The position numbers and the translations under genes are program-made. This document shows positions 27,276-36,216 of a stretch of DNA of 64,000 bases, piece after piece; within the stretch, counting starts at the first letter, position 1; every line of letters starts with the position of its first letter. A model generated the notes under the pieces. The model worked only from the letters and a program-made list of their open reading frames with translations. It was not told where the DNA came from and did not search any database. Source of the stretch: Roseburia sp. (GTDB taxonomy: Bacteria; Bacillota; Clostridia; Lachnospirales; Lachnospiraceae); contig JBNMKM010000005.1 in assembly GCA_050874345.1 (NCBI GenBank), forward strand, positions 51,553 to 115,552. The letters run 5' to 3'.

Positions 27276-27698
27276 ATGTACTATACAATCAGACAGATGG
27301 CGGAGATGTTTGAGGTAACGGAACATACACTGCGTTTTTATACAGATAAAGGACTGCTGCCCTGTGAGCGTGACGGCGGTAACCGCAGGGTGTTCAACGA
27401 AGAATCCGTCAACTGGATGCAGGGTATCAAATGTCTGAAAGGCTGCGGCGCATCCATTGAGGACATTCAGGAGTACTGCCGCCTGTGCTTGCTGGAGGAA
27501 TCGGAGGAAAATCTGCGGGCACGCTACGCAATCATTTTAAAACAGCGGACGGAGGCTTATAAGAGGGTGGAGGAAGCCAAAGCCACTGCGAAATATATGG
27601 ATGAGAAGGTGGCACACTATGAAGCCATTCTCGCCGGACTGGCACCGGATGACACCAATCCGAAAAACTGGACGGCGGAAAATCGGCCGAAACACTGA
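27276..27698 (+). CDS. MerR family transcriptional regulator (AdhR/NmlR-like context)
   Basis: N-terminal YTIRQMAEMFEVTEHTLRFYTDKGLL HTH, a coiled-coil dimerisation helix, and Cys residues (CLKGCG, CRLC). Confidence 0.9.
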   Translation: MYYTIRQMAEMFEVTEHTLRFYTDKGLLPCERDGGNRRVFNEESVNWMQGIKCLKGCGASIEDIQEYCRLCLLEESEENLRARYAIILKQRTEAYKRVEEAKATAKYMDEKVAHYEAILAGLAPDDTNPKNWTAENRPKH

Positions 27699-27730
27699 CC
27701 ATAGGTCGCTATGATTGGAGGGAGAAAAAT

Positions 27731-28951
27731 ATGAATCTGGATGTTTTAGGGCTGTTTGCGGCATGTTCCTATGCATTGGACTGTGTGGAAAGCGAACTGG
27801 TTCATGTGACAAATAATCATTCAAAGCGTGTCGCCTATATGAGCGTCTGCATTGCGGAGCAGATGGGCATACAGGGCGAAGGTCTGCAGGATTTAGCGGT
27901 ATGTTCGCTATTACACGATAATGCATTAACGCAGTATATACAGGAAGAGCTTCAGAATGATATTTCACATTTTACTGCTGCGAAGGAAACACCCAGGCTG
28001 GAAGCGCACTGTTCTTTTGGTGAAAAAAATATTCGGAAACTTCCCTTCCATACGGATGTTTCCAATGTGATTTTGTATCACCACGAAAATGCCAATGGCA
28101 GTGGTCCTTATGGAAAAACGTGGCAAGAGATTCCTCTTTTTTCACGAATCATCCATCTGTGTGATATCCTAGATGCAGCCTGCCGAAATAAGAAGTTTGT
28201 GGCAGATCCATGGAATACGGCAAGGCAGTTCATCCAAAAATCAAATGGAACGCTGTTTGATCAGGACTGTGTGGAAGCATTTTTGGAAGCTTTTTCGGAA
28301 ACTTCGTTTTTAGCGCTTGAAGATGAAACGTTTGAGTCCAGGCTGTGGGATAAGATTCCACGGATAAAGCAGGAACTTGATTTTTCACAAATTAAGGAAC
28401 TGGCAAATTTCTTTGCCCATATTGTAGACTACAAATCGCCGTTTACCAGTACGCACTCCATGGGTGTAGCAGAGGATGCGGAAAAATTGGCACGCTATAT
28501 GGGATTTGGGGAAGAGACGGTTCAAAAAATGTATCTTGCAGGGGCATTGCACGACATTGGAAAGGTAGCAATTGAAAATGAAATTTTAGAAAAGCCGGGA
28601 AGACTGACAGAGGAAGAATTTGGGACGATGAAGCATCATGCGGCGTATACTTATTATATTTTGTCAGGGATTGATGATTTTGAAGAGATTCGTGACTGGG
28701 CAGCGTTTCACCATGAACGTCTTGACGGTACGGGATATCCCTTTGGCAAAACGGTGGCTGAATTAAACACGCAGGAGCGTATGATGGCGTGTGTGGATAT
28801 TTACCAGGCATTGACGGAAAGCCGCCCCTACAAACCGGGAATGTCGCATGAAAAAGCGTGTGGTATTCTGCGTGATATGGCAGGGAAAGGCTGGATTGAT
28901 AGCGCGATTGTCAGGCAGGTGAATTTCTGCTTTGGAAAACAGAGGATATAA
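27731..28951 (+). CDS. tandem HD-domain protein; the C-terminal domain is HD-GYP (c-di-GMP phosphodiesterase type)
   Basis: Second domain: ALHDIGKV ... HHERLDGTGYPFG. First domain: LLHDNAL ... HHENANGSGPYG, where the GYP motif is degenerate. Confidence 0.85.
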   Translation: MNLDVLGLFAACSYALDCVESELVHVTNNHSKRVAYMSVCIAEQMGIQGEGLQDLAVCSLLHDNALTQYIQEELQNDISHFTAAKETPRLEAHCSFGEKNIRKLPFHTDVSNVILYHHENANGSGPYGKTWQEIPLFSRIIHLCDILDAACRNKKFVADPWNTARQFIQKSNGTLFDQDCVEAFLEAFSETSFLALEDETFESRLWDKIPRIKQELDFSQIKELANFFAHIVDYKSPFTSTHSMGVAEDAEKLARYMGFGEETVQKMYLAGALHDIGKVAIENEILEKPGRLTEEEFGTMKHHAAYTYYILSGIDDFEEIRDWAAFHHERLDGTGYPFGKTVAELNTQERMMACVDIYQALTESRPYKPGMSHEKACGILRDMAGKGWIDSAIVRQVNFCFGKQRI

Positions 28952-28992
28952 TACGTAATTCTAAAGAGCAGGAAAAGGAAAATATGCATATA

Positions 28993-29038
28993 AATAATAG
29001 CACACTATTGACATTACAAATAATAGTATGCTATTATT
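28993..29038 (+). promoter_or_regulatory. promoter with overlapping MarR-type operator half-sites
   Basis: AATAATAG at 28993-29000 and 29019-29026, with the inverted copy CTATTATT at 29031-29038. This forms a 20-bp palindrome at 29019-29038. TTGACA at 29008-29013, an 18-nt spacer, TATTAT at 29032-29037. Confidence 0.45.
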
Positions 29039-29080
29039 TTGCCAGAAGATAGGATTGCTGGAAAGTAAGGGGGTATCAAA

Positions 29081-29506
29081 ATGTTGAATGATTATACCTG
29101 CGGGGCATTGTTAAAACAGATTAATGATTTCATGGAAAAAAATGCAAATAATGATCTCCGGGGGCAGGACCTTACCATCGCACAATCGGGAGTTCTTGTA
29201 CTATTAGATCAGAAAGAAGAAAAAACAGCAACATTTAAAGAGCTTGAAAAAAGCTTTGGTGTATCGCAGCCTACCATGGTGGGAATCCTTGGACGTCTGG
29301 AGCAGAAAAAGCTGGTTGAAATTCTGGATGATTCGGATGACAAGAGAATCCGGAAAGCACATCTTACACAAGAAGGTGCAGAGAAATGCAAAGAAGGATA
29401 CAAGCACATGAAAGCAGCGGAAGAATTACTTCTTAGTGGTCTGACAGAGGAAGAAAGGACGGAGTTTTTGAGACTGCTTATAAAAATACGGGAATCTATG
29501 AAATAG
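29081..29506 (+). CDS. MarR family transcriptional regulator
   Basis: Winged-helix pattern LTIAQSGVLVLL...FKELEKSFGVSQPTMVGILGRLEQKKLVE...DKR. 141 aa. Confidence 0.9.
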   Translation: MLNDYTCGALLKQINDFMEKNANNDLRGQDLTIAQSGVLVLLDQKEEKTATFKELEKSFGVSQPTMVGILGRLEQKKLVEILDDSDDKRIRKAHLTQEGAEKCKEGYKHMKAAEELLLSGLTEEERTEFLRLLIKIRESMK

Positions 29507-29588
29507 AATTAAGTCATAGTACGCTTTGGCGTACTTGATTTTCACTGTTTCAATAGCAAGCTATTAAAAATAAGATGGAGGTACACAA

Positions 29589-30932
29589 ATGAAAGAAAAA
29601 AAGAATGATTCGTTAGAAGTATTTGAGAGTGCACCAATTGGACAGGCAGTTATGAAAAATACAATTCCGGCAATGGTCGCCATGCTTATGGTATTGATTT
29701 ATAATCTGGCAGATACCTTTTTTATTGGACAGACAAAGGATGCCTTGATGGTTGCAGCAGTATCCCTTGTTACACCCGCTTTTCTTCTTTTTATGGCGCT
29801 TGGAACGGTATTTGGAATCGGTGGAACCAGTGTAATATCCCGCGCGATGGGCGAAGGACGCAGAGAATATGCAAAGAAGGTATGCGCATTTTGTATGTGG
29901 AGTTGCGTTGCAGTAGGGATCGTAATGGTCATTATCATTTTTGTTTTTATGGATCCGATTCTGAAATTGCTTGGAGCAAGTGAGAATACAATCGGTTATG
30001 CCAGGGAGTATTTATCGATTGTTACAGTTGCCGGACCTTTCGTATTGATATCAAATTGTTATGCCAATATTATCCGTTCCGAAGGAAAAGCAGGAATGGC
30101 AATGATTGGTCAGCTTGGTGGTAATCTGATAAACGTAATCCTTGACCCGATTTTGATATTAGGTCTGGGATGGAATGTGGCAGGGGCGGCGATTGCCACA
30201 GCAGTCAGCAATTTTATCAGCGCAGCTTATTATATTGGATATTTCAAATTTGGAAATTCCATGCTGAGTATTCGTCTGAAAGATTTTTCGGTAAAAGACA
30301 ATATTTTAAAAGGTGTGCTGTCAATCGGCATACCGGCAGCACTTGGGGATGTCCTGATGAGTGTATCCAATATTATATTAAATGGACAGATGGCGAAATA
30401 CGGTGATATGGCAGTTGCCGGAATTGGCGTTGCGATGAAAGTTACGATGATTACGGGGATGATCTGTATCGGTTTTGGGCAGGGAATCCAGCCTTTGCTT
30501 GGTTATTGCGTAGGGGCTAAAAACTGGAAAAGATACAAAGAATCGCTGCGTTTTTCAGTGATTTTTGGATTAGGACTCAGCACATTTATGACCGTCATTT
30601 GCTATGTATTTGACCGTCAGATTGTAAGTACATTTTTATCAGAGCCGGAAGCACTTTCGTATGGGGTGAAATTTTCAAGAATTTTACTTACGACCAGCTT
30701 TTTGTTTGGTATGTTTTATGTGTTGTCAAATGCCTTACAGGCAATGGGAGCAGCCACAGCAGCATTCATTATTAACATAAGCCGTCAGGGACTGATTTAT
30801 ATACCTGCTATTTTTATTCTTCAGGCGGTAGTCGGGATGGATGGACTTCTCTGGGCACAGCCGGTAGCAGATGTTTTATCAGTAATATTGGTTATTATTT
30901 TATATGAAATATCTGCATGGCACCATAAGTGA
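29589..30932 (+). CDS. MATE family efflux transporter
   Basis: IPAMVAMLMVLIYNLADTFFIGQT N-terminus and a 12-TM profile. Lies downstream of marR. Confidence 0.9.
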   Translation: MKEKKNDSLEVFESAPIGQAVMKNTIPAMVAMLMVLIYNLADTFFIGQTKDALMVAAVSLVTPAFLLFMALGTVFGIGGTSVISRAMGEGRREYAKKVCAFCMWSCVAVGIVMVIIIFVFMDPILKLLGASENTIGYAREYLSIVTVAGPFVLISNCYANIIRSEGKAGMAMIGQLGGNLINVILDPILILGLGWNVAGAAIATAVSNFISAAYYIGYFKFGNSMLSIRLKDFSVKDNILKGVLSIGIPAALGDVLMSVSNIILNGQMAKYGDMAVAGIGVAMKVTMITGMICIGFGQGIQPLLGYCVGAKNWKRYKESLRFSVIFGLGLSTFMTVICYVFDRQIVSTFLSEPEALSYGVKFSRILLTTSFLFGMFYVLSNALQAMGAATAAFIINISRQGLIYIPAIFILQAVVGMDGLLWAQPVADVLSVILVIILYEISAWHHK

Positions 30933-31533
30933 GTGGCAAGTCCTGAAACGGAGATTTTCTGGAAGGGCAGGAAAAATTCTTGCAGGATGCGCAGCTATCA
31001 CATAATTGTTTGAGATTCGCGTGTGGTTTTGTATCCAGATGCAGGATAAGAGCTGCTGTTTTAAGGGGCGTTAGCATTTGACCTTCGGTAAGATGGATGG
31101 CATCTGGTGTGAGGCACGCATAGATTTGTGGAAGAAGCTCAAGGGAATAGGTATCTCCCAGAAAAGATAATTCTACAGGATACAAATTACTTTGATTTTC
31201 GACCACCTGTGCAAATTCTTCATAGGCTTTTGACAAGAGCACAAGGCTGATGCAATCTACAATGTAAGCTTCCCCAATCTGCTCATGATTCAGATATAAT
31301 TCTGACAGTTCATCAATCCCATTTCCAAGCGTTACAAATCCATAGGCATAGTGAGAGAGAGAAACCGCATCTAAATCCTGCTCCAGGGAGTAATACGCAT
31401 AAGATTCCATCAGTGGGAGAAGTGCAGTATAAATCGCCTGGATGCCTGGCAAATCAGCCGGAGGAAAATGAAAACGGCTGCAAAAGTCCTTCCAGTCACC
31501 GGAGGATAATCTGGGGGTAAGTTTACATTTCAT
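30895..31533 (-). CDS. methionine-synthase (B12-dependent) activation-domain-like protein with C-terminal Cys cluster
   Basis: The pattern FVTLGNGIDEL...AYIVDCISLVLLSKAYEEF...ELSFLGDTYSLELLPQIY...LTPLKTAALILHL resembles the stand-alone Met_synt_B12-like family of Clostridia. The tail is CDSCASCKNFSCPSRKS. Start set at ATG 31533 (MKCKL). Confidence 0.45.
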   Translation of the reverse strand: MKCKLTPRLSSGDWKDFCSRFHFPPADLPGIQAIYTALLPLMESYAYYSLEQDLDAVSLSHYAYGFVTLGNGIDELSELYLNHEQIGEAYIVDCISLVLLSKAYEEFAQVVENQSNLYPVELSFLGDTYSLELLPQIYACLTPDAIHLTEGQMLTPLKTAALILHLDTKPHANLKQLCDSCASCKNFSCPSRKSPFQDLPLTYGAMQIFHIK

Positions 31534-31749
31534 GAGATAGCGTCTCCTTTTTATTTTGCCTGAAGTTATTACTTTACGCAATGATAACATATCCAAACTT
31601 CCAGGGCAATCCGTCCTTTTTTAAAAACTATGAGAAAGTTAAAGACAACACAGTTATTGAAAGACAGGAGTCAAAAGGGTATGATAGTAGTTGAGGGCAG
31701 GGGAAGAAAATTATTTTAATAAATACAAGGATGGAGAAAAAACAGGACT

Positions 31750-32391
31750 ATGAATACAACAGGTTTACTATTAGTAGGAATCAGTGGAATTTGCTGGACG
31801 ATTGTCTATATCGAACTGATAAGAAATGGAATAAAAGATAAAGCATGTGGAATGCCATTGTTTGCATTGGGCTTAAATATTGTGTGGGAATTTTTGTATT
31901 CTATTGACGGATTCTTTATTTCTAAAGAATTTATGATGGTACAAAACATTGCGGACCTGGCGTGGGCATTGTGCGATGTATTTATATTGGCTTGCTGGTT
32001 CCGGTATGGGAAGCAATATTTGCCGGAGCGGGCAAGAAAGTATTTTGTGCAGTTTACAGTACTGGCATTGATTGTATGCGTGGGAATGCAGCTTGCGTTT
32101 TATCTGTACTGTGATACAGCAACGGAGGCTTCCATATATTCGGCATTCGCACAAAATGTGGCAATGTCGGTAATGTTTTTAACCGCATTATTTCAGCGTG
32201 GAAACGCAAAAGGATTTTCGCTGTTGGGAGCAGTGTGTAAATGTATCGGAACACTGACACCAACAATCTGGGGATGCGTAGAAGCAGGTGGAATCCAGAT
32301 TTATATTTTTATCACAGGAATGTTATGCTTTGTAGTTGATATCATATACATATATTTTATGGTGCAAATGAGGCGGGAATATCATGAATGA
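31750..32391 (+). CDS. hypothetical polytopic membrane protein (about 7 TM)
   Basis: The hydrophobic helix pattern runs the whole length. No family recognised. The stop overlaps the downstream tetR start. Confidence 0.5.
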   Translation: MNTTGLLLVGISGICWTIVYIELIRNGIKDKACGMPLFALGLNIVWEFLYSIDGFFISKEFMMVQNIADLAWALCDVFILACWFRYGKQYLPERARKYFVQFTVLALIVCVGMQLAFYLYCDTATEASIYSAFAQNVAMSVMFLTALFQRGNAKGFSLLGAVCKCIGTLTPTIWGCVEAGGIQIYIFITGMLCFVVDIIYIYFMVQMRREYHE

Positions 32392-32923
32392 TACAAAACA
32401 GGCAATTCATACAGCTTTTTTTACGCTTTATCGCAAGAGTTCTTTTCATCAGATTTCTGTAAAGGAATTGTGTATACAGACACCTGTTGCCCGGACAACC
32501 TTTTATAGCTATTACAATAATCTGGCTGAGTTAAAAGGTGAGATAGAGGATGAGCTGATTAGCGGTATTCTTGAAATTGCAAAGCAAAGCGTAGATAGCA
32601 GTCCGGATAAAGCAGATATGACGGTTTTCTTTTCCAGGACGTTAGATTATATCAAGCTGCACTGGGATGAGAATTATGCATTTCTCATTACGCAGCCGAA
32701 TTTTTCGTATATTGCGAAGTGGAAAGATGCTATCAAGTATCATCTCGCATTACGGTTTCCGGGCAGGGAAACAATGGCAAATTATGGATTGATTCTTGAG
32801 GTGATTGCATCAGCAATTATCGGTGCCTATACCTATTGGATGGAGCACCCGGATGAAGTAGATATTCAAAAACTTACAGATGTAAGTGTAAAAATGCTTT
32901 TAGCAACGGGGCAAATTTTGTAA
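32384..32923 (+). CDS. TetR/AcrR family transcriptional regulator
   Basis: N-terminal HTH FHQISVKELCIQTPVARTTFYSYYNN. 179 aa. Confidence 0.8.
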   Translation: MNDTKQAIHTAFFTLYRKSSFHQISVKELCIQTPVARTTFYSYYNNLAELKGEIEDELISGILEIAKQSVDSSPDKADMTVFFSRTLDYIKLHWDENYAFLITQPNFSYIAKWKDAIKYHLALRFPGRETMANYGLILEVIASAIIGAYTYWMEHPDEVDIQKLTDVSVKMLLATGQIL

Positions 32924-33110
32924 AGGCTGCGGAAATTCCGTAGTCTTTTTTGTTCTATAGGGGCGTACTTTATTTTATCTTTCAAATAAATCCGAACACT
33001 TTTGCAAAATGTGTCGTTTTCATCATGAGTACTCATAGATATAATAGTCACAGAAAGGATATCATGACGGTTCGATGATTTCAGAATTTTTGAAATAGGA
33101 GGATTTTGTA

Positions 33111-33965
33111 ATGGCAGAAATAAAAATTCATGTATTTCATACAGGAATGGTTTGTGTTGCTCCGGAACTACCTTTTGGCGGCGAGCATTGCAATCCGATT
33201 AAAGCAAGCGGTGTATTTGGAAAAAAATCTGACAGACTGTGGCTGCCAGTGTCGGCTTATCTGATTGAGTGCAGTCACGGTAAAATCCTATTTGACTGCG
33301 GCTGGCACAGGGATATGAGTCCGAATGGAGAATATGACAAAGCAGCACAGATAAAATCACTGGGAGGATTCGCTCTTTATAAGACAAATCAGGGAGTTCT
33401 TCCAATGGGTGAGGCAATTGATGAACAGCTTGCCGTGCTGGGGATACAGCCGTCAGATTTGAATCTGATTCTGCTTTCGCATCTGGATTGTGACCATGTA
33501 AATGGATTGAAACTGGTGTCGGAGGCAAAAAGAATACTTGTGTCAAATGATGAAATCCGATTTGCTGAAAATGGCAGTCTGATGAATAAAATACGATACA
33601 ATAAAGATTGGTGGAATGGAACAAAACTGGAAGGCTTTGACTGGAATGGAACAGATGGTCCTGTGCAGAAATCGTATGATGTGTTTGGCGATGGAAGTCT
33701 GGTAATGGTAAATATTCCCGGTCATAGTGAAGGCTTGTGTGCGCTTAAAATTACAAATGAAGATGGAAAGTATGTATTGCTCTTCTCGGACGGCGGTTAT
33801 GCGAAAAAATCATGGGAGGAACAAATTACATCAGGGATTGCGGATGATAAAGAACAGCAGAAAAAATCGTTGGCATGGATTCGTGAACAAAGTCTGAATC
33901 CTGACTGTGTAGAGTCACTGGCAAATCATGACCCGGATGTAAAACCACATTTGATAGAATTATAA
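33111..33965 (+). CDS. MBL-fold metallo-hydrolase (N-acyl-homoserine-lactonase-like family)
   Basis: ILFDCGWH, LSHLDCDHVNG (motif-2 position), PGHSEG, FSDGGY. 284 aa. Confidence 0.8.
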   Translation: MAEIKIHVFHTGMVCVAPELPFGGEHCNPIKASGVFGKKSDRLWLPVSAYLIECSHGKILFDCGWHRDMSPNGEYDKAAQIKSLGGFALYKTNQGVLPMGEAIDEQLAVLGIQPSDLNLILLSHLDCDHVNGLKLVSEAKRILVSNDEIRFAENGSLMNKIRYNKDWWNGTKLEGFDWNGTDGPVQKSYDVFGDGSLVMVNIPGHSEGLCALKITNEDGKYVLLFSDGGYAKKSWEEQITSGIADDKEQQKKSLAWIREQSLNPDCVESLANHDPDVKPHLIEL

Positions 33966-34001
33966 GAAGAAATCTACTGAGAAATATAATCAAAAGCGGT
34001 C

Positions 34002-34037
34002 AAAAAATCAATCGTCAAAAAATACGATTGATTTTTT
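34002..34037. terminator. bidirectional terminator between convergent MBL and tetR genes
   Basis: aaaaaatcaatcgt (34002-34015), an 8-nt loop, acgattgatttttt (34024-34037). Confidence 0.65.
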
Positions 34038-34072
34038 GCGTATTATTTTATGATGTTAATCAATGTATAAGC

Positions 34073-34594
34073 TTAAATAAGAGATAAGTTACTGATAATA
34101 TTTACAATTAGTTCTGCCATATAACGATTACTCTGCTTCATATCATTATCTAACCATTCATAGATGGCAGACAGATATCCCGCAGCAAGAAAATTTCTTG
34201 TATAGAGAGATAATTCATCTTTTTTGCTGTCATATGGAAATGCTTCACGAAATAGAAGATACATTTCATTTACCATATGGGCATCCCGCATCATCAGAAA
34301 AAAATCATGATTTTCACGAATAAATGAAAACAGAAGTTCCACATTACGAAGATACGTTTCACGGTTTTCTTCATCAAATGCGGGAATCGTATTGTAATAG
34401 TCCATAACATATTCTTCCCTGAAGCCATCGAGAAGGAGCGCTTCTTTGGAGGGATAAATCCGGTAAAATGTACTGCGGTTATATCCGGCAGTTTTGCATA
34501 TTTCAGATATCTGAATTTCGGAATAAGGTTTCTGATGATATAGTTCTAAGAGTGCTTGAAAGAAACATTTTTTTGAAAACTTGTTTGTACGCAT
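34073..34594 (-). CDS. TetR/AcrR family transcriptional regulator
   Basis: HTH YSEIQISEICKTAGYNRSTFYRIYPSKE. Start at ATG 34594 (MRTNKF) after GGAAGG. Confidence 0.85.
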   Translation of the reverse strand: MRTNKFSKKCFFQALLELYHQKPYSEIQISEICKTAGYNRSTFYRIYPSKEALLLDGFREEYVMDYYNTIPAFDEENRETYLRNVELLFSFIRENHDFFLMMRDAHMVNEMYLLFREAFPYDSKKDELSLYTRNFLAAGYLSAIYEWLDNDMKQSNRYMAELIVNIISNLSLI

Positions 34595-34668
34595 AACGCA
34601 ACACCTTCCCATGATATGTCTATTTTAGAATCGCCTGTCTTGATTTATCAAAATCGTGCAATTAGAAT

Positions 34669-34694
34669 GTAAATGCAACATATGTTGCGTTTAC
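34669..34694. promoter_or_regulatory. 26-bp near-perfect palindrome, candidate TetR operator in the divergent tetR/esterase promoter region
   Basis: gtaaatgcaac-atat-gttgcgtttac, with one mismatch between the arms. It lies 33 nt upstream of the ATG at 34727. Confidence 0.5.
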
Positions 34695-34726
34695 AATGAT
34701 ATCATATTTTAGAAGGAGGAACAAGT

Positions 34727-36070
34727 ATGGCACTGTGGTTGATAGGAATAATCAGTATTTTACTGGGAAGCATGGAGCAGTTTTTGATTAATGAAAGTCG
34801 GATAATGGCAGGAATCATTCTGCTTGCAGGGGTTATTATATTATTGATTGTAAAAAAGAAAAATGTAGAAATTCCTCTCTGGCAGTTATCTCTTATCAGA
34901 ATTGTTGCAGCACTTCATTTGATTGGCATCTTTTCAGACCATTGGATTGTATATACAGGTTTAGGAGTGCTAACTGTAATAGTTGGTATTGTATTAAGCA
35001 TTGTAGCTCTATGGAAAAACAAATCAGATAAGATTATGAAAACAGTTCTGGAAATAGTATGTTCTGTCGTTGTTATACTACTTTCTAGTGTTATAATGGC
35101 AATTACATTTTTCCCGAAAGCCTCTTTTTCAGCTTTTAAGTCGGTTATAAATGCTTATGGAAATGAAACAACAGCGGTAGCTTATGAGGATATACTGGAG
35201 AATGGCGCACATCTGGTTGCCAATATTCAGTATGATACGGTTTACCCAAATGGATTTTTAGATGTTTATTATACGGCTGTACCTAAGTCAGACAATCCAC
35301 CGACATTGTTATTTATTCATGGCGGAGGCTATGCAAACGGGGATAAAAGCAGCGGTGATCCAAATGCCGGAGAAGTTGATTATAGGGATTCACTGGCATA
35401 TAGGGCATTGAATGAGGGTTATAATGTGGTACAGTTTAATTATTGCCTGATGACAGAGCATATTTTCCCGGATGCGATTATCCAGCTTAATAGTGGTCTG
35501 AAATATCTTAAGGATAATGCCGATGACCTGAACTTAAATATGGATGCAGTATTTCTGTCCGGTGGTTCTGCCGGTGGAAATCTGGCTGGTGTTATGGCAA
35601 ATCTCCAGACAAATCCAAAGTATGCAGATGAAATGGGGATTACACCTGCATTAAATCCAGAGGATATTAAAGGTGTGGTATTTATCAGTGCGTTACTCGA
35701 TAATTCACAGTATGGTGTGACACATAATATTGCCATTGACTATATGTTTTATTGGGCAGGGCGTGTTTATCTGAACACGAATGAGTTGGTTTATGATAAA
35801 GAGGCTTCACGACTTTCAAATGTAATTGATAATGTAAGCGAAAATTATCCGCCATCTCTGATTTCGGATGGAAACAGTGGAAGTTTCTTTGATCAGGCAT
35901 TTGCCATGAATGCAAGACTACTGGAACTGGGAGTAGAATCCAAACTGATTTATTATCCGAAAACAGTGGCTACATTATCACACGGATATGAAGATTTAGG
36001 TTCTGATTATGCAAAAATTACACAGGACCGAATGATTGAATTTATGAATGACCATTGCAGGCAGGGTTGA
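34727..36070 (+). CDS. membrane-anchored alpha/beta hydrolase (esterase/lipase, HGGG type)
   Basis: About 4 N-terminal TM helices. HGGGY oxyanion motif and GGSAGG nucleophile elbow. Confidence 0.8.
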   Translation: MALWLIGIISILLGSMEQFLINESRIMAGIILLAGVIILLIVKKKNVEIPLWQLSLIRIVAALHLIGIFSDHWIVYTGLGVLTVIVGIVLSIVALWKNKSDKIMKTVLEIVCSVVVILLSSVIMAITFFPKASFSAFKSVINAYGNETTAVAYEDILENGAHLVANIQYDTVYPNGFLDVYYTAVPKSDNPPTLLFIHGGGYANGDKSSGDPNAGEVDYRDSLAYRALNEGYNVVQFNYCLMTEHIFPDAIIQLNSGLKYLKDNADDLNLNMDAVFLSGGSAGGNLAGVMANLQTNPKYADEMGITPALNPEDIKGVVFISALLDNSQYGVTHNIAIDYMFYWAGRVYLNTNELVYDKEASRLSNVIDNVSENYPPSLISDGNSGSFFDQAFAMNARLLELGVESKLIYYPKTVATLSHGYEDLGSDYAKITQDRMIEFMNDHCRQG

Positions 36071-36081
36071 TTAAAACCATC

Positions 36082-36122
36082 AAAAAGCACTTTAGCCATA
36101 CCATAGGTTAAAGTGCTTTTTT
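36082..36122. terminator. bidirectional terminator between convergent esterase and MATE genes
   Basis: aaaaagcactttagcc (36082-36097) pairs with ggttaaagtgcttttt (36106-36121), 16 bp with one G-U. Confidence 0.65.
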
Positions 36123-36216
36123 GTATTTTTTCTAAAATTCAAAATTTTTTGCCGCCTGTGCCATGACCACGATAAGATGGTGGTTAGATCACAAAGAGGA
36201 GCGAGATTTCGATTAT

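Noticed and set aside
33111-33965. MBL hydrolase as a quorum-quenching partner of the LytTR systems
   Set aside because: There is no genomic linkage. LytTR/AgrC-type systems sense peptides, not acyl-homoserine lactones. The family name alone is not evidence.
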